DNA from: Alphaproteobacteria bacterium
GTDB taxonomy: Bacteria > Pseudomonadota > Alphaproteobacteria > Bin95
Reading direction: 5' to 3'
DNA length: 64,000 bases
Assembly (NCBI GenBank): GCA_964291285.2
Contig: OZ219787.1
Location: 608,001 to 672,000 of the forward strand
The notes under the pieces are model-generated. The model saw nothing but the letters and a program-made list of their open reading frames with translations. It had not been told where the DNA came from and did no database searches. Below, piece by piece: positions 7,841 through 21,025 of the stretch (its first letter is position 1; every line of letters begins with the position of its first letter). Both the position numbers and the translations under genes were made by a program.

Positions 7841-9156
7841 CAGGCGAGCCGCGCCAATGCCGACTCCACCGAAATCTCCTCGCGCTCGCCGGTGGCGCGG
7901 CATTTAAGCTCGACGCTTCCCTTGTCGAGGCCGCGCGGGCCGACGATCACCTGCCAGGGCAGGCCGATCAGGTCCATGTCCGCGAACTTCACCCCGGCCC
8001 GCTCCGAACGGTCGTCATAGAGCGGTTCGCGATGGGCAAGCCTGGCATAGAGGTCGTCGCAGGCGCTGTCGCAGCGCGTATCGCCCTGGCGCAAATTCAC
8101 GATCCCGACTCCGTAGGGCGTGACCGATTCCGGCCAGACGATGCCCTGCTCGTCGTGGCTGGCCTCGATCACCGCGCCCGCCAGCCGCGAAACGCCGACG
8201 CCGTAGGAGCCCATATGCACCGGAACCTCTTCGCCCCCGGCGGATGTGACGCTGGCGCCCAGCGGTTCGGAATATTTGGTGCCGAAATAAAAGATGTGGC
8301 CGACCTCGATGCCGCGCCCGACATAGCGCCGTTCGGGCGGTACCCCGGCCTCGAAGGCGGCCTCGTCATGCTTCTCGTCGGTGCGCGCATAGGGCCGGGT
8401 GAACTCCTCGACCACGGCCCGGACCGCGTCCGGGTTCTCGTAATCGACCTCGCGGGCGAGCATGTCGAACTCCACGCAGTCCCGGTCGCACCAGACGCTG
8501 CTCTCCCCCGTGTCCGCGAGGATGAGGAACTCGTGGCTGAGATTGCCGCCTATGGGTCCTGACTCCGCTTCCATCGGCACGGCTTTCAGGCCGAGCCGGG
8601 CGAATGTCCGGAGGTAGGAGACGAACATCTTGTCGTAGGAGAGGCGCGCGGCTTCGAAGTCGAGGTCGAAGGAGTAGTTGTCCTTCATCAGGAACTCCCG
8701 CCCCCGCATCACGCCGAAGCGGGGCCGGACCTCGTCCCGGAACTTCCACTGGATGTGGTAGAGCATCTTGGGCAGATCGCGGTAGCTGCGGATATGGGTC
8801 GCGAAGATCTCGGTGATCTGCTCCTCGTTAGTCGGCCCGTAGAGCATGTCGCGGTCGTGCCGGTCCCGGATGCGCAGCATTTCCGGGCCATAATCGTCGT
8901 AGCGGCCGGAGCGACGCCAGAGGTCCGCCGACTGCACCGTCGGCATCAGCACCTCCTGGGCCCCCGCCCGGTCCTGCTCCTCGCGGACGACCTGCTCGAT
9001 CTTCTTCAGCACGCGGAAGCCGAGCGGCAGCCACGAATAGATGCCCGCCGAGGCCTGCTGGACCATGCCGGCGCGAAGCATGAGGCGGTGCGAGACGATC
9101 TGCGCCTCGGAGGGCACGTCCTTCAGGGTCGGCAGGAAAAGGCGGGTTCGGCGCAT
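7840..9156 (-). CDS. proS: Proline--tRNA ligase (short alphaproteobacterial type)
   Basis: [55 protein letters not shown]. Confidence 0.97.
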   Translation of the reverse strand: MRRTRLFLPTLKDVPSEAQIVSHRLMLRAGMVQQASAGIYSWLPLGFRVLKKIEQVVREEQDRAGAQEVLMPTVQSADLWRRSGRYDDYGPEMLRIRDRHDRDMLYGPTNEEQITEIFATHIRSYRDLPKMLYHIQWKFRDEVRPRFGVMRGREFLMKDNYSFDLDFEAARLSYDKMFVSYLRTFARLGLKAVPMEAESGPIGGNLSHEFLILADTGESSVWCDRDCVEFDMLAREVDYENPDAVRAVVEEFTRPYARTDEKHDEAAFEAGVPPERRYVGRGIEVGHIFYFGTKYSEPLGASVTSAGGEEVPVHMGSYGVGVSRLAGAVIEASHDEQGIVWPESVTPYGVGIVNLRQGDTRCDSACDDLYARLAHREPLYDDRSERAGVKFADMDLIGLPWQVIVGPRGLDKGSVELKCRATGEREEISVESALARLA

Positions 9157-9219
9157 GGCTGGAGTGCTCGACTGACGGTCCCGGGAAGCGGCGCCAATCT
9201 ACCGCGTCCGCTTGAGCAT

Positions 9220-9774
9220 TCAACAGCCCGCCGGCGCAACCGCTTCGCGCATCCAGGGCGGATCGAGCGCCGCGATGCGGGCATAGACCGGGCAGCCGGG
9301 ATCGTGCGCGCCCGGCAGATAGCCGGTACTCATCAGGAATTCGCCGACGATCTCCCCGCCCATGAACTTGAAGGTCTTTCTGAACAGCCTGACCCAGTCT
9401 TCCTTCGGCAGAGGATGGTGCTTGTCGATCCAGGAGGCGAAGGATCCGTATTCGGACTGGATCGCGACGACACGGCGCGCATTTTCGATCACGGCAGCGA
9501 CCTTGAGACGGTTGCGGATGATTCGCGCATCCCCGAGCAGCCGCGTCCGGTCCTCCTCGTCGAAACCGGCGACGACCTTCGGATCGAAGCCTCGGAACGC
9601 CTCGAAGAACGCCGCCCGCTTCTTCAGGACCGTGAGCCAGGAAAGGCCCGCCTGGTTGATCTCCAGTGCCAGACGCTCGAACAGCACGGCATCATCGCGG
9701 GTCGGAAAGCCGTATTCCTCATCGTGATAGGGGCCGTGCCAGGGATGGCCGGGTGCAATGCTGCAATAGCTCAT
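9220..9774 (-). CDS. tag: DNA-3-methyladenine glycosylase I
   Basis: YHDEEYG, LFERLALEINQAGLSW, IIRNRLKV, FKFMG, HDPGC. Confidence 0.93.
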   Translation of the reverse strand: MSYCSIAPGHPWHGPYHDEEYGFPTRDDAVLFERLALEINQAGLSWLTVLKKRAAFFEAFRGFDPKVVAGFDEEDRTRLLGDARIIRNRLKVAAVIENARRVVAIQSEYGSFASWIDKHHPLPKEDWVRLFRKTFKFMGGEIVGEFLMSTGYLPGAHDPGCPVYARIAALDPPWMREAVAPAGC

Positions 9775-9781
9775 CGCGAGA

Positions 9782-10018
9782 TCACGGCTTGCGGAATGTC
9801 AGCCATTCGCTGTCGATCAGCAGGAAGGCAAGCAGGGTCAGCAGTCCGGCGACCACCGTGGTCACAGCTGCTTTCATGCCCAGCCTCGCCCTTTCCGGTG
9901 CACCGGGATCGTTGCCGCGCTCGACCTCGCGCGCCCGCCGGACGCCGACGGGTAGCGTCATGAAGAAAACCAGCCACCATACGATGACAAAGACGACGAC
10001 CCCGGACAGCCACGACAT
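9782..10018 (-). CDS. DUF1467 family small membrane protein
   Basis: MSWLSGVVVFVIVWWLVFFMTLPVG...GNDPGAP; usual position after mce. Confidence 0.85.
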   Translation of the reverse strand: MSWLSGVVVFVIVWWLVFFMTLPVGVRRAREVERGNDPGAPERARLGMKAAVTTVVAGLLTLLAFLLIDSEWLTFRKP

Positions 10019-10422
10019 CAGGCCTGCTCGATCTCGATCAGCGTGCCGCAGAAGTCCTTCGGATGCAGGAACAGGACCGGTTTGCCATGCGCCCCGATTG
10101 CCGGCTCGCCGCTGCCAAGGACCCGGGCTCCCGATTCCTTCAGCGCGTCCCGGGCCGCCAGGATGTCGTCCACCTCGTAGCAGATATGGTGCATGCCGCC
10201 GGCGGGGTTCTTCTGCAGGAACCCCGCAATCGGGGACTCGTCGCCGAGCGGTTCCAGCAGTTCGATCTTCGTGTTCGGCAACTCGACAAAGACAACGGTC
10301 ACGCCATGGTCCGGCAAGGCTTGCGGAGCCGAGACATAAGCCCCCAGCGCACCCCTGTAAGCGCAGGCTCCCGCCTCCAGGTCCGGCACGGCAATGGCGA
10401 CATGGTTCAGGCGGCCGATCAT
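10018..10422 (-). CDS. mce: Methylmalonyl-CoA epimerase
   Basis: [60 protein letters not shown]. Confidence 0.95.
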   Translation of the reverse strand: MIGRLNHVAIAVPDLEAGACAYRGALGAYVSAPQALPDHGVTVVFVELPNTKIELLEPLGDESPIAGFLQKNPAGGMHHICYEVDDILAARDALKESGARVLGSGEPAIGAHGKPVLFLHPKDFCGTLIEIEQA

Positions 10423-12104
10423 CGCGAATGTCCTCCATCGATGCGCATGACATGGACCTCGACAAGCGGCCGGCGGTTGTACTGCTCCCGGACATGCCGG
10501 CGCATCGCCCTGCGAGCCGCTTCTTCCACCGTACCGTCGTCGCGGCGCTGGATGCCGGTCAGCCTTCCGATAGCCTGGTTGCAACGGCTGACCAGTTCGG
10601 AGGCAAGGTCCACGACCTCGTCCTCGGCCACAATGCCCCGGCTGGATACCGACGGCTCGACAAGAGTCCTGCCTCCGCCGTTCAGCACGATCGACGCCGT
10701 GACGACGCCCTGTTCCGAAAGGCGCCGCCTCGCCCGGACATGTTCCGATTCGAGCGGCACCAGACGACCGCCGTCCAGTCCGAGTCGCCCTACCCGAACG
10801 TCGCCGAGACGCTCCACCCTGTCCCCGGCAATCCGCAACAGCACGCCGTCCTCGATCTCGGCAACAGTCCCGACACCGCACTCGCGCGCGAGTTCCGCAT
10901 GGGCGCGAAGGTGGTGCAATTCGCCATGGACCGGAACCGCTGCCTTCGGCCTTATCCACTCATACATGCGCCGGAGTTCTGCCCGGCCCGGATGCCCCGA
11001 TACATGCACGAATGCGTCCCTGGAAGTCACAATCTCGACGCCCATTCGCAGGAACCGGTCCCGCAGTCTGGCGACGCCCCGCTCATTGCCGGGAATGGTA
11101 CGGGACGAGAAGACCAGCGTGTCGCCGCTCTCCAGCGCAACATGCGGATGGGAGCCGGACGCGATCCGCGCAAGGGCGGCGCGCGACTCTCCCTGGCTCC
11201 CCGTGCAGATCATCGCCGTGTTGGAACGCGGCAGGTAACCGGCATGTTGCTCCGATACGAAGGCAGGAATATCCGCCAGATAGCCGCACTGGCGGGCTAT
11301 GTCGTCCATGCGCTTCAACGACCGGCCCACCAGCGCCGTGGACCGTCCATTGGCACCGGCGGCCCGCGCCACTGTATCGAGCCGCGCCACGTTGCTTGCA
11401 AAACAGGCGAAGACGACACGGTTGCTTCGGGAGGCGATCAAGCTCGTCAGACTCTCCAGAAGATCCGCTTCCGAACCGCTTGCGCCGTCTATGGTGGCGT
11501 TGGTCGAGTCGCAGATCATCGCTGCGATGCCTTCATCCCCGAGACGGCGGAAGAGACTTTCGTCCACCGGCGCCCCGACGACCGGGCCGGGATCCAATTT
11601 CCAGTCTCCGGTATGGAAGACCGAGCCTGCCGCGGTGCGCAGCACGAGCGCGTTCGGCTCCGGAATGGAGTGGGCCAAAGGCAGATATTCGAGTTCGAAC
11701 GGCCCGACCGTAAAACGCACGCCCGGCTCGTGCTCGACGATGGGCACTTCGCCCTCGGCGCCTTCGTCCCGCAGCTTGCGGCGCAGGAAGGCGGCGGAAA
11801 ACGGCGTGACATGCACCGGCGCCCCCAGATCCGACCAGAGATGAGGAACGGCGCCTATATGATCCTCATGCGCGTGGGTAATGACGATCGCGTCGAGCCG
11901 ATTCCGAACCGCTTCGGCAGCGGCTGTATCCGGGACGATGACCTCGATTCCCGGTGTCATTTCGTCGCCGAACATGACGCCGAGATCGACCATGATCCAG
12001 CGTCCGGCATGTCCGTAAAGCGCACAGTTCATGCCGATGTCCCCGACGCCGCCCAGCGGGACGAACAGGATTTCGTCTGCGGCGGGAACCGGCAGGTGCA
12101 TCAC
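10419..12104 (-). CDS. rnj: Ribonuclease J
   Basis: [47 protein letters not shown]. Confidence 0.95.
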   Translation of the reverse strand: MMHLPVPAADEILFVPLGGVGDIGMNCALYGHAGRWIMVDLGVMFGDEMTPGIEVIVPDTAAAEAVRNRLDAIVITHAHEDHIGAVPHLWSDLGAPVHVTPFSAAFLRRKLRDEGAEGEVPIVEHEPGVRFTVGPFELEYLPLAHSIPEPNALVLRTAAGSVFHTGDWKLDPGPVVGAPVDESLFRRLGDEGIAAMICDSTNATIDGASGSEADLLESLTSLIASRSNRVVFACFASNVARLDTVARAAGANGRSTALVGRSLKRMDDIARQCGYLADIPAFVSEQHAGYLPRSNTAMICTGSQGESRAALARIASGSHPHVALESGDTLVFSSRTIPGNERGVARLRDRFLRMGVEIVTSRDAFVHVSGHPGRAELRRMYEWIRPKAAVPVHGELHHLRAHAELARECGVGTVAEIEDGVLLRIAGDRVERLGDVRVGRLGLDGGRLVPLESEHVRARRRLSEQGVVTASIVLNGGGRTLVEPSVSSRGIVAEDEVVDLASELVSRCNQAIGRLTGIQRRDDGTVEEAARRAMRRHVREQYNRRPLVEVHVMRIDGGHSR

Positions 12105-12877
12105 GAGGCGCTTCCGTTACGCCGGTGAACTTCCAGCAGGCCGCGAAGCGTCAGGTCGCTGTCTATGTGGTCGATAACGTCGGTTGCACCGGCAAACAGC
12201 GGAGCCAGACCGCCCGTGGCCACGACTGCCATGGGTTCGCCGGCCTCTTGCTCGATCCGCTGCACCACACCTTCGATCATGCTGACATAGCCCCAGAAAA
12301 CACCGGACTGCATGGCGGCAACTGTATTGCTGCCGACTACCCGTTCCGGCCGGCCGACCGCAATCAGCGGCAGCTTGGCGGCGGCCTGATGGAGAGCCTC
12401 CAGAGACAGGTTTACGCCGGGAGCGATAACGCCCCCGCAATAGTTGCCTGCAGTATCCACGACATCGAATGTCGTTGCGGTCCCGAAATCGATGACGATC
12501 AGCGGGCCGGGATAGGCGCTGTGCGCCGCAACGGCATTGACGATCCGGTCGGCTCCGACTTCCGACGGGTTATCGACCTTCAACGCCATCCCGAGATCGA
12601 TGCCGGGATCGCCGATGACGAGAGGAGACACACCGAAATAGCGCTGGCAGAGATGGCGCAGGTTGAACAGCGACGCCGGCACGACGGTCGCTACGATGCC
12701 TGCATCGACAGCCTCGGCATCGACACCTTCGAGGTCCATCAATTGCATCAGCCAAACGGCGTATTCGTCGGCGGTGCGGTGCGGATCGTTGCCCGCTCGC
12801 CACAGGCCCTTGCGGGTTTCGCCGTCGTAAACCGCGAAAACGATATTGGTGTTGCCGGCATCGATTGCGAGCAGCAT
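12101..12877 (-). CDS. coaX: Type III pantothenate kinase
   Basis: [41 protein letters not shown]. Confidence 0.95.
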   Translation of the reverse strand: MLLAIDAGNTNIVFAVYDGETRKGLWRAGNDPHRTADEYAVWLMQLMDLEGVDAEAVDAGIVATVVPASLFNLRHLCQRYFGVSPLVIGDPGIDLGMALKVDNPSEVGADRIVNAVAAHSAYPGPLIVIDFGTATTFDVVDTAGNYCGGVIAPGVNLSLEALHQAAAKLPLIAVGRPERVVGSNTVAAMQSGVFWGYVSMIEGVVQRIEQEAGEPMAVVATGGLAPLFAGATDVIDHIDSDLTLRGLLEVHRRNGSAS

Positions 12878-13608
12878 CAGGCCTCCAGCGGGAAAACTTC
12901 TCCGGCGGCAACGCGGCGTTCTACTCCGGCGGCGTCGCAGACGACAAGCGATCCGTTCTCATCCACCGTCCGCATCACCCCTTCCACGGCGCCCTGCCCC
13001 TCTCCGACCCGAACGGTGCGGCCGATCCAGGCCGCCCGCCCCAGCCACTCGTCGCGCATGGCGGGGAAACCGCCGACCAGCCATTGCCGGTAACGCTGCA
13101 GCACGGCTCCGACAACCCGCTCCAACGCCGTCTCCACCGGCATATCGGGGCCTATGCAGGTCGTCGGGCGGTCAAGCGCCGGCGCCCCGGCCAGATTGAG
13201 TCCGATGCCCACGGCCATCCAGTCCAGCCTGCCGCCTTCGGAACCCGCCTCGACGAGAATGCCGGCCAGCTTGGCATCTTCGACCAGAACATCGTTCGGC
13301 CACTTGATACACGCATCCGCCCCCCACTCCCGGGCACAATCCGCAACCGCGAGACCGGCCGCCAGGGCCATGGAGCCGGCTTCGGCAGGAGAGCGGTCGG
13401 GGTGCAGCAACAGGCTCACCATCAGATTGCCGTGCGGACCTGTCCAATTTCGTCCGCTGCGGCCCCGGCCACTCGGTTGTACCGCGGTCCAGACTGCAAG
13501 CGGTCCGCGCCGGCCCACTTCCACCAGGCGCCTTGCTTCGTCGTTTGTGCTTCCGAGAACCGAATAGGCGAACAGGTCAATGCCTGCCACCGACAGTTTC
13601 TGGTTCAT
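12877..13608 (-). CDS. birA: Biotin--protein ligase
   Basis: [41 protein letters not shown]; ATG 13608 overlaps the nuoN stop. Confidence 0.92.
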   Translation of the reverse strand: MNQKLSVAGIDLFAYSVLGSTNDEARRLVEVGRRGPLAVWTAVQPSGRGRSGRNWTGPHGNLMVSLLLHPDRSPAEAGSMALAAGLAVADCAREWGADACIKWPNDVLVEDAKLAGILVEAGSEGGRLDWMAVGIGLNLAGAPALDRPTTCIGPDMPVETALERVVGAVLQRYRQWLVGGFPAMRDEWLGRAAWIGRTVRVGEGQGAVEGVMRTVDENGSLVVCDAAGVERRVAAGEVFPLEA

Positions 13609-15041
13609 CCTGCGAACAATGTGCTGGCGGCGGTTCCGGCAAAATCGGTAATCGTCCATGGGACGACAACGAACAGGACGACCACTGCAGCACTCAAGCC
13701 CGCTACCACACCGATTTCCGAGGGCAGCGGGCGATCCATGTCTTCAACCGCCTCGTCGAAATACATCACCTTCACGATGCGCAGATAGTAATAGCAGCCA
13801 ACGACGCTCGCGAGCACACCGAAGACCGCCAGCGGCACCAGCCCGGCGTTTACGGCAGCCATGAACACGTAAAACTTGCCGAAGAATCCGGCAAGCGGCG
13901 GAATCCCTGCCATAGAGAACATGAGGGCGGCGAAAATTCCCGCCACCAACGGACGAGACTTCGAAAACCCGGCGAGATCGGAAATATTCTCGACTGCGCT
14001 TCCGTTCTGACGCATCGCCAGGATACAGGCGAAGACGCCAACATTCATGAAGAGGTATATGGCGAGATAAATCAGCACCGCGCGGACGCCTTCTTCGGTG
14101 CCCGTTGCAACGCCGACCAGCGCATAACCCACATGCCCGATGGACGAATACGCCATCAGGCGTTTGATGTTCTCTTGCGCAATCGCGGTAAAGGCGCCAA
14201 TCGCCATAGACAGGATCGCCACCACGACAATGATCTGTTGCCACTTGTCGGCAAGATCTCCGAAGGGCTCCATCAGGACGCGGACAAACAGGGCCAGGGC
14301 CGCAATCTTCGGCGCGACGGAAAACAGCGCCGTTACAGGTGTCGGGGCCCCTTCATAGACATCCGGAGTCCACATGTGAAACGGCGCAGCGGACACCTTG
14401 AAACAAAGGCCAGCCAGCAAAAACACCAACCCGACGACGAGGCCAAGAGAAGGCTCGCCGCCCCCGCCCACGGCGGCGGCAATCGCATCGAAGCCCGTTG
14501 CTCCAACGAAACCGTAAACCATCGTGCAACCGTAGAGCAGCATGCCCGACGAAAGCGCGCCAAGGACAAAGTACTTCAGCCCGGCTTCGCTCGAACGCAG
14601 GGTATCGCGACGAAAGGCAGCCAGCACATAGAGCGACAGGCTTTGCAACTCCAACCCGAGATACAACGCGATCAGGTCGTTGGCCGACACCATCATCAGC
14701 ATGCCGAGGGTCGCGAACAGGACCACGATCGGAAATTCGAAGCGGTCGAGTGACTCTCGCTCGTTGAATGTGAAGGACATGACGATGGCAAGCGCGCTAC
14801 CAAGCAGGACCAGAACCTTCACATAGACGGCAAATGCCCCGGTGACGAAAAGCCCGCCGAGGCCCACCACGCGGTCCGTCCCGCCCGCCAGCACGAGCAG
14901 GAGTGTGACCGCCAGGGACACGACGCAAAGCCAGGAGACCGTTCGACCCCGCTCCAGCCCGAATACGCCGGCCATAAGCAATGCCATGGCAAGGCATGCC
15001 AGAACGATTTCGGGAACGGCGAGGGCATAGGTCATATCCAT
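13605..15041 (-). CDS. nuoN: NADH-quinone oxidoreductase subunit N
   Basis: [55 protein letters not shown]. Confidence 0.96.
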   Translation of the reverse strand: MDMTYALAVPEIVLACLAMALLMAGVFGLERGRTVSWLCVVSLAVTLLLVLAGGTDRVVGLGGLFVTGAFAVYVKVLVLLGSALAIVMSFTFNERESLDRFEFPIVVLFATLGMLMMVSANDLIALYLGLELQSLSLYVLAAFRRDTLRSSEAGLKYFVLGALSSGMLLYGCTMVYGFVGATGFDAIAAAVGGGGEPSLGLVVGLVFLLAGLCFKVSAAPFHMWTPDVYEGAPTPVTALFSVAPKIAALALFVRVLMEPFGDLADKWQQIIVVVAILSMAIGAFTAIAQENIKRLMAYSSIGHVGYALVGVATGTEEGVRAVLIYLAIYLFMNVGVFACILAMRQNGSAVENISDLAGFSKSRPLVAGIFAALMFSMAGIPPLAGFFGKFYVFMAAVNAGLVPLAVFGVLASVVGCYYYLRIVKVMYFDEAVEDMDRPLPSEIGVVAGLSAAVVVLFVVVPWTITDFAGTAASTLFAG

Positions 15042-15045
15042 GGCT

Positions 15046-16575
15046 TCAATGACCTTTCGCCGCAACGGCCGCCGTTTCGCCCATTGCGTGCATGGCTGCC
15101 TGATGCTGGTCCACGAGGTTCTGCACGGACATCTGGATCGGATCAAGGAACGAAGACGGGTAGATCCCCATCCATAGCACCAGCACCACAAGCGGCGCGA
15201 ACACCGCGATCTCGCGCGGATTGAGATCCAGCATCGTCTGGAGCTCGACCCGCTCCAGCTTGCCGAAGATCACACGACGATAGAGGTACAGCATATAGGC
15301 GGCACCCAGAATGACACCCGTCGCCGCAAGGAAGCAGACCCAAGTGTTTACTTCGAACGCCCCAAGCAGCACCAGGAACTCCCCGACGAAACCGCTAGTG
15401 CCCGGCAGCCCGACAGATGCCAGGGTGAACACCATGAATACCGCCGCATAGGCAGGCATGCGGTGAACGAGGCCGCCGTAACGGGCAATTTCGCGCGTAT
15501 GCAGCCTGTCGTAAACGACCCCGACGCAGAGGAACAGCGCGGCCGATACAATGCCGTGGCTCAACATCTGGAAAATGGCACCGGCAATACCCTGGTTGGT
15601 CGCCGTGAAGATACCGATGGTCACGAAGCCCATATGCGCGACGGAAGAATAGGCGATGAGCTTCTTCATGTCTTCCTGCGCCAACGCCACCAGCGAGGTA
15701 TAAATCACGGCCACACAGCTCAGCACGAAGATCAGTGGAGTGAAAAACTCGCTCGCTTCCGGAAACATCGGCAGCGAAAACCGGATGAAGCCGTATCCGC
15801 CCATCTTTAACAGCACACCGGCCAGAATAACCGAGCCGGCGGTCGGCGCTTCGACATGCGCATCCGGCAGCCAGGTGTGTACAGGCCACATCGGGATCTT
15901 GACGGCAAAACTGGCAAAAAAGGCGATCCAAAGCCAAATCTGGAGGTCGGGAGCAAAGGAATAGACGAGCGCCTCGACAATGCTGGTGGAGCCTACCTCC
16001 AGATACACGGCCAAAAGGGCGAGGAGCATCAATACGGAGCCGAGCAGGGTAAAGAGAAAGAACTTGAACGCCGCGTAGATACGCCTGGCTCCCCCCCAGA
16101 CCCCGATAATGAGGAACATCGGGATCAGCACGCCCTCGAAGAAAATATAGAAGACAACGAGATCCAGGGCACAGAACATTCCGACCATGAGAGTCTCGAG
16201 GACCAGGAATGCAATCATGTACTCCTTTACCCGGACCTGAACGGCTGTCCAGCTGGAAAGAATGCATATTGGGGTCAGAAATGTAGAAAGCAAAACAAAG
16301 AACAGGGAAATACCGTCGATACCCATCCGGTATGCGATATTGAATTCCGGCAGCCACTCCACATGCTCTACGAATTGAAAGTCGGCAGTTCCCGGGTCGA
16401 ACCTGAACCAGAGAAACAACGACACAACGAAGGTCGCCAACGAGGTCCATAACGCGGCCATGCGCGCATTTCTGATCGCATCCTCACCCGTCCCACGGCA
16501 AAGCAGCAGGATCGCGAGTACGCCGACAAGCGGCAGAAAGGTAACGATCGAAAGCAGGCCGACTCCTGAGCTCAT
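15046..16575 (-). CDS. nuoM: NADH-quinone oxidoreductase subunit M
   Basis: [40 protein letters not shown]. Confidence 0.97.
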   Translation of the reverse strand: MSSGVGLLSIVTFLPLVGVLAILLLCRGTGEDAIRNARMAALWTSLATFVVSLFLWFRFDPGTADFQFVEHVEWLPEFNIAYRMGIDGISLFFVLLSTFLTPICILSSWTAVQVRVKEYMIAFLVLETLMVGMFCALDLVVFYIFFEGVLIPMFLIIGVWGGARRIYAAFKFFLFTLLGSVLMLLALLAVYLEVGSTSIVEALVYSFAPDLQIWLWIAFFASFAVKIPMWPVHTWLPDAHVEAPTAGSVILAGVLLKMGGYGFIRFSLPMFPEASEFFTPLIFVLSCVAVIYTSLVALAQEDMKKLIAYSSVAHMGFVTIGIFTATNQGIAGAIFQMLSHGIVSAALFLCVGVVYDRLHTREIARYGGLVHRMPAYAAVFMVFTLASVGLPGTSGFVGEFLVLLGAFEVNTWVCFLAATGVILGAAYMLYLYRRVIFGKLERVELQTMLDLNPREIAVFAPLVVLVLWMGIYPSSFLDPIQMSVQNLVDQHQAAMHAMGETAAVAAKGH

Positions 16576-16579
16576 GCCT

Positions 16580-18517
16580 CTAGAACCCCGCCGAGAACAG
16601 ATACCAGGAGACCAGGGCGACCACGCCTACCATCATCGCGAAAGCGTAATGGTAGATGTACCCGGACTGGAAAATGCTGGCGCGGCGAGCGAGTGCCCTG
16701 GTGACTGCGGCCAGTCCGTCCGGTCCGAAGCCGTCAATTAAGAAGCCGTCTCCGCCCTTCCAGCAGAGCCGGGCCAGAAACCTCGCCGGCCGCACGAATA
16801 CGACGTCGTAGATCTCGTCGAACCACCACTTGTTGAACGAGAGCTGGTATGCCGGCTCGAAATGCTTCCTGAGCGCGGCCGGGGCATCCGGCTTCTGGAT
16901 GTACATGTACCAAGCAACCAGAATACCGATCACCGCAGCCGCGAGCGGCAGCTTCTTGATGTACCAAGGAGCGTGGTACCCGTCCATCATTGCCGAATTC
17001 TGTTCCAAGATGAGGACGGACGTCCCCCAGAACCGGTCCCAGTCCTCGCCGACGAATGCGTCGACAAAAACGAACCCCGTCACGATCGCTCCAGCCGCAA
17101 GGATGTAGAGCGGCACCAGCATGACGGCCGGTGATTCATGGACATGCGCCATGACCTTTTCATCCGCACGAGGCGCGCCCATGAAGGTCATGAACAGGAG
17201 CCTCCAGGAATAGAAGGCCGTCATCACGGCGGCCAGAATTCCGAAGGTAAAAGCGTAGGCGCCGATGCTGCTATGCGCGCCCCAGGCGCTTTCCAGGATG
17301 GAATCCTTCGAGAAATAGCCGGAGAAGACCGGCAGTCCGGCAAGGGCGAACGAACCGATCCACATCAGGACATGGGTCTGCTTGACGTGTCGCCATATTC
17401 CACCCATGCGGCGCATGTCCTGCTCCCCCGACATGGCGTGAATGACGCTGCCGGCGCCCAGGAACAGCAGCGCCTTGAAGCAGGCATGGGTCATGAGATG
17501 GAAGATCGCCGCCGGATAGGCGGAAACACCGATGGCAAAGAACATGTAGCCGAGCTGGCTGCATGTGGAATAGGCGATCACCCGCTTTATGTCTGTCTGC
17601 GTCAGCGCGCAGGTCGCGGCGAAAAAGGCGGTTGTCGCACCGATGAAGGTAATGAAGGCCAGCGTGTCCGGTGCGAATTCGAACAGGGGCGACAGGCGCG
17701 CGCACATGAAGACGCCCGCCGTCACCATGGTCGCGGCATGGATCAGTGCGGATACAGGCGTCGGGCCTTCCATGGCATCGGGCAACCAGGTGTGCAGTCC
17801 GATCTGGGCCGATTTGCCCATCGCGCCGATGAACAGCAGGAAACACAGCAATTCGATGGCCGGCAGTTCCATGCCGAGGAAACTGACGTTTTCGCCGGCA
17901 TAGTCCGGAACGGCCGCGAAGATCGACGAAAACTGGACCGTTTCGAACACGAGCCAGATGCCGAATATTCCCAGCGCAAAGCCGAAGTCCCCCACCCGGT
18001 TCACAATGAACGCCTTGATGGCGGCGGCATTGGCCGCCGGGCGGTCGTACCAGAAGCCGATCAGGAGGTAGGAGCAGAGGCCGACGCCTTCCCAGCCGAA
18101 GAAGAGCTGCACGAGATTGTCGGCCGTCACCAGCATCAGCATGGAGAAGGTAAAGAGGCTCAGATAGGCCATGAACCGCGGCTTGTGCGGATCGTGGCTC
18201 ATGTAGCCGATCGAATACCAGTGGACGCAGGCCGACACGCCGTTGACGACCACCAGCATGACTGCGGAGAGCGTGTCGAAACGAAGCGTCCAGTGCGCCT
18301 CGAACCCGCCGGACCTGATCCAGTCAAGGACATGCACCGTTTCGGTAACGCCGCTGCCATAGGCGATGTCGATGAAGATGACGATCGAGCACGCTGCCGC
18401 CGCCGTCACAGCAAGGCATGTCACCAGCTGCGACGGACGGTCTCCCATAAGGCGTCCGAACAGGCCGACGACGATTGCCGCCAGAAGCGGGAGAAATATG
18501 GAGGCCAGATACAACAT
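16580..18517 (-). CDS. nuoL: NADH-quinone oxidoreductase subunit L
   Basis: [48 protein letters not shown]. Confidence 0.97.
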   Translation of the reverse strand: MLYLASIFLPLLAAIVVGLFGRLMGDRPSQLVTCLAVTAAAACSIVIFIDIAYGSGVTETVHVLDWIRSGGFEAHWTLRFDTLSAVMLVVVNGVSACVHWYSIGYMSHDPHKPRFMAYLSLFTFSMLMLVTADNLVQLFFGWEGVGLCSYLLIGFWYDRPAANAAAIKAFIVNRVGDFGFALGIFGIWLVFETVQFSSIFAAVPDYAGENVSFLGMELPAIELLCFLLFIGAMGKSAQIGLHTWLPDAMEGPTPVSALIHAATMVTAGVFMCARLSPLFEFAPDTLAFITFIGATTAFFAATCALTQTDIKRVIAYSTCSQLGYMFFAIGVSAYPAAIFHLMTHACFKALLFLGAGSVIHAMSGEQDMRRMGGIWRHVKQTHVLMWIGSFALAGLPVFSGYFSKDSILESAWGAHSSIGAYAFTFGILAAVMTAFYSWRLLFMTFMGAPRADEKVMAHVHESPAVMLVPLYILAAGAIVTGFVFVDAFVGEDWDRFWGTSVLILEQNSAMMDGYHAPWYIKKLPLAAAVIGILVAWYMYIQKPDAPAALRKHFEPAYQLSFNKWWFDEIYDVVFVRPARFLARLCWKGGDGFLIDGFGPDGLAAVTRALARRASIFQSGYIYHYAFAMMVGVVALVSWYLFSAGF

Positions 18518-18537
18518 TCGCGTTCGACTGCCCCGCC

Positions 18538-18849
18538 TCAGCCCTTCATCAGATTGACGTCTTCGACGGCGATCGATCCGCGGTTGCGGAAATAGACCAC
18601 CAGGATCGCGAGGCCGATGGCGGCTTCGGCGGCCGCAACAGTGAGCACGAACATGGCGAAGACCTGCCCCGTCATGTCTTCGAGAAATCGGGAAAACGCG
18701 ACCAGATTGATGTTAACCGCGAGCAGCATGAGTTCGATCGACATCAGGATGATGATGACGTTCTTGCGGTTGAGAAAAATACCGAAGATGCCGAGCGTGA
18801 AGAGGATCGCGGCAAGGGTCAGATAGTGCGCAAGGCCGATTTCCAGCAT
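18538..18849 (-). CDS. nuoK: NADH-quinone oxidoreductase subunit K
   Basis: [10 protein letters not shown]...[20 protein letters not shown]...[10 protein letters not shown] (C-terminal part of track ORF 18538..19659). Confidence 0.96.
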   Translation of the reverse strand: MLEIGLAHYLTLAAILFTLGIFGIFLNRKNVIIILMSIELMLLAVNINLVAFSRFLEDMTGQVFAMFVLTVAAAEAAIGLAILVVYFRNRGSIAVEDVNLMKG

Positions 18850-19457
18850 TACCGGCCTCCCCTTGCCGGAACCTTGACGACCTCGATGGTATCTTCCCGC
18901 CGACGGTCGAGCTGCGTCGCGATCCGCTGCCTGTGGACCCCCGTACGTCTGCGGTGCGTAAGCACGATTGCACCGATCATGGCGACCAGCAGCACGAGAC
19001 CCGCAGCCTGGAAGAGATAGATGTAGTCGGTGTAGAGGACGTGGCCCAACGCATGTGTATTGGTCATTTTTTCGCCGGGAACCGGCAATGATGTCTTCCC
19101 GGCTCCCTCGGAAAGCACCCAGCTGCCGCCGACCAGCGCCAGTTCGGCGAGCAGCACCACTCCGACGACGGCGCCGACCGGCAGATATTGCAGGAAGCCT
19201 TCGCGCAGTTCCGCGAAGTTGATGTCGAGCATCATCACCACGAACAGGAACAGGACCGCCACGGCGCCGACATAAACCACCACCAGGAGCATCGCGAGGA
19301 ACTCGGCCCCCAACAGGACGAACAGGCCCGCCGCGTTGAAGAAGGCAAGAATCAGGAACAGAACCGAATGCACCGGGTTCCGGGATGAAATGACCATGAC
19401 TCCGGCGGCGGTCGCTACCGCTGCGAAGACATAGAACGCCAGTGCTTGAACGACCAC
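18849..19457 (-). CDS. nuoJ: NADH-quinone oxidoreductase subunit J
   Basis: [39 protein letters not shown]. Confidence 0.96.
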   Translation of the reverse strand: MVVQALAFYVFAAVATAAGVMVISSRNPVHSVLFLILAFFNAAGLFVLLGAEFLAMLLVVVYVGAVAVLFLFVVMMLDINFAELREGFLQYLPVGAVVGVVLLAELALVGGSWVLSEGAGKTSLPVPGEKMTNTHALGHVLYTDYIYLFQAAGLVLLVAMIGAIVLTHRRRTGVHRQRIATQLDRRREDTIEVVKVPARGGR

Positions 19458-19472
19458 TGCCTGCTCCCTGTC

Positions 19473-19961
19473 TCAGCGGTAAGGCGCGTCGAGGGCGAGA
19501 TTGTCGGCAAGCGACGCTTCCCAGCGGTCGCCGTTCGCGAGGAGCTTTTCCTTGTTGTACATGAGCTCTTCGCGCGTCTCCGTTGCAAACTCGAAGTTCG
19601 GGCCTTCGACGATGGCATCGACCGGACAGGCCTCCTGACAGAAGCCGCAATAGATGCACTTCGTCATGTCGATATCATAACGCGTCGTACGACGGCTGCC
19701 GTCTTCGCGCGGCTCCGCCTCAATGGTGATCGCCTGCGCGGGACAGATGGCTTCGCAGAGCTTGCAAGCAATGCACCGTTCCTCGCCGTTCGGATAGCGG
19801 CGCAAGGCGTGCTCGCCCCTGAAGCGCGGACTGAGGGGCCCTTTTTCGTAGGGGTAGTTCAGTGTCACCTTCGGTTTGAACATGTACTTCAGCGTGAGCC
19901 ACATGCCGGAAACCAGTTCCGTCAGCAGGAAGCTGCGCATGCCGCGGTCGAGAGCTGCCAT
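19473..19961 (-). CDS. nuoI: NADH-quinone oxidoreductase subunit I
   Basis: Two 4Fe-4S motifs [12 protein letters not shown] and [12 protein letters not shown]. Confidence 0.97.
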   Translation of the reverse strand: MAALDRGMRSFLLTELVSGMWLTLKYMFKPKVTLNYPYEKGPLSPRFRGEHALRRYPNGEERCIACKLCEAICPAQAITIEAEPREDGSRRTTRYDIDMTKCIYCGFCQEACPVDAIVEGPNFEFATETREELMYNKEKLLANGDRWEASLADNLALDAPYR

Positions 19962-19981
19962 CGTTCAATACTCCCTGCGCT

Positions 19982-21025
19982 TCACGACCGCGCCACGACG
20001 GGCTCGGGTACCCAGTCGAATGCCACAAGCGCACCAGCCGTCACCACCACCCAAAGCAGGGACAGCGGCAGGAACACCTTCCAGCCGAGCCGCATCAACT
20101 GGTCGTAGCGGTAACGCGGGAAGGTCGCCCGCACCCAGAGGAAGGTGAACAGCACCAGTGCCGTCTTGAGCGCGAACCAGACGATACCCGGAATCCAGGT
20201 GAACGGCTCATAGGGAATGGGCGGCAGCCAGCCGCCCAGAAAGAGCACAACCGCCATCGCGCTCATCAGGATCATGTTCGCGTATTCGCCGAGGAAGAAG
20301 AGCGCGAACATCATCGCCGAGTATTCGACATTGTAGCCCGCGACGAGTTCGGCCTCCGCCTCCGGCAAATCGAAGGGTGCGCGGTTGGTTTCAGCCAGAG
20401 CGGACACGAAAAACACGATGAACATGGGCAGCAGCGGCAGCCAGAACCAAGAGAACAGCCCGGCCGACCCTTCTTGCGCCTGGACGATAACCGATAGATT
20501 CGGGGAGCCGGCGCACAGGAGCACGGTCACGATCACGAAGCCTATCGAGACCTCGTAGGAGACCATCTGTGCCGCAGACCGCAAGGCGCCCAAAAACGGG
20601 TAGCGGGAATTGCTGGCCCATCCCGCCATCAGGATGCCGTAAACGCCGAGCGACGAAATGGCGAAGAGGTACAGCACCCCCACATTGATGTCCGCCAGAA
20701 CCCAGCCGAGGTCAAAAGGAATCACTGCCCAGGCGACCAGCGCCAGCATAAAGGTCAGCATCGGCGCCAGAAGGAAGACCACGCGGTTGGCGCCGGCGGG
20801 AATAATCGTCTCCTTGGTCAGCAGTTTCAGCCCGTCGGCGATCGGCTGGAACAAACCAAAGGGACCGACGACATTCGGCCCCTTGCGCATCTGCATGGAG
20901 GCGATGACCTTGCGCTCGGCCAGTATGAGATAGGCGATGCAGCCGAGAAGCGGCAGAACGATCAGCAGGATGTAGCCGACGATCGCCGCTGCGGGCCAGA
21001 CATAGGCGGTCCAGACGCTAACCAT
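19982..21025 (-). CDS. nuoH: NADH-quinone oxidoreductase subunit H
   Basis: [41 protein letters not shown]. Confidence 0.97.
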   Translation of the reverse strand: MVSVWTAYVWPAAAIVGYILLIVLPLLGCIAYLILAERKVIASMQMRKGPNVVGPFGLFQPIADGLKLLTKETIIPAGANRVVFLLAPMLTFMLALVAWAVIPFDLGWVLADINVGVLYLFAISSLGVYGILMAGWASNSRYPFLGALRSAAQMVSYEVSIGFVIVTVLLCAGSPNLSVIVQAQEGSAGLFSWFWLPLLPMFIVFFVSALAETNRAPFDLPEAEAELVAGYNVEYSAMMFALFFLGEYANMILMSAMAVVLFLGGWLPPIPYEPFTWIPGIVWFALKTALVLFTFLWVRATFPRYRYDQLMRLGWKVFLPLSLLWVVVTAGALVAFDWVPEPVVARS

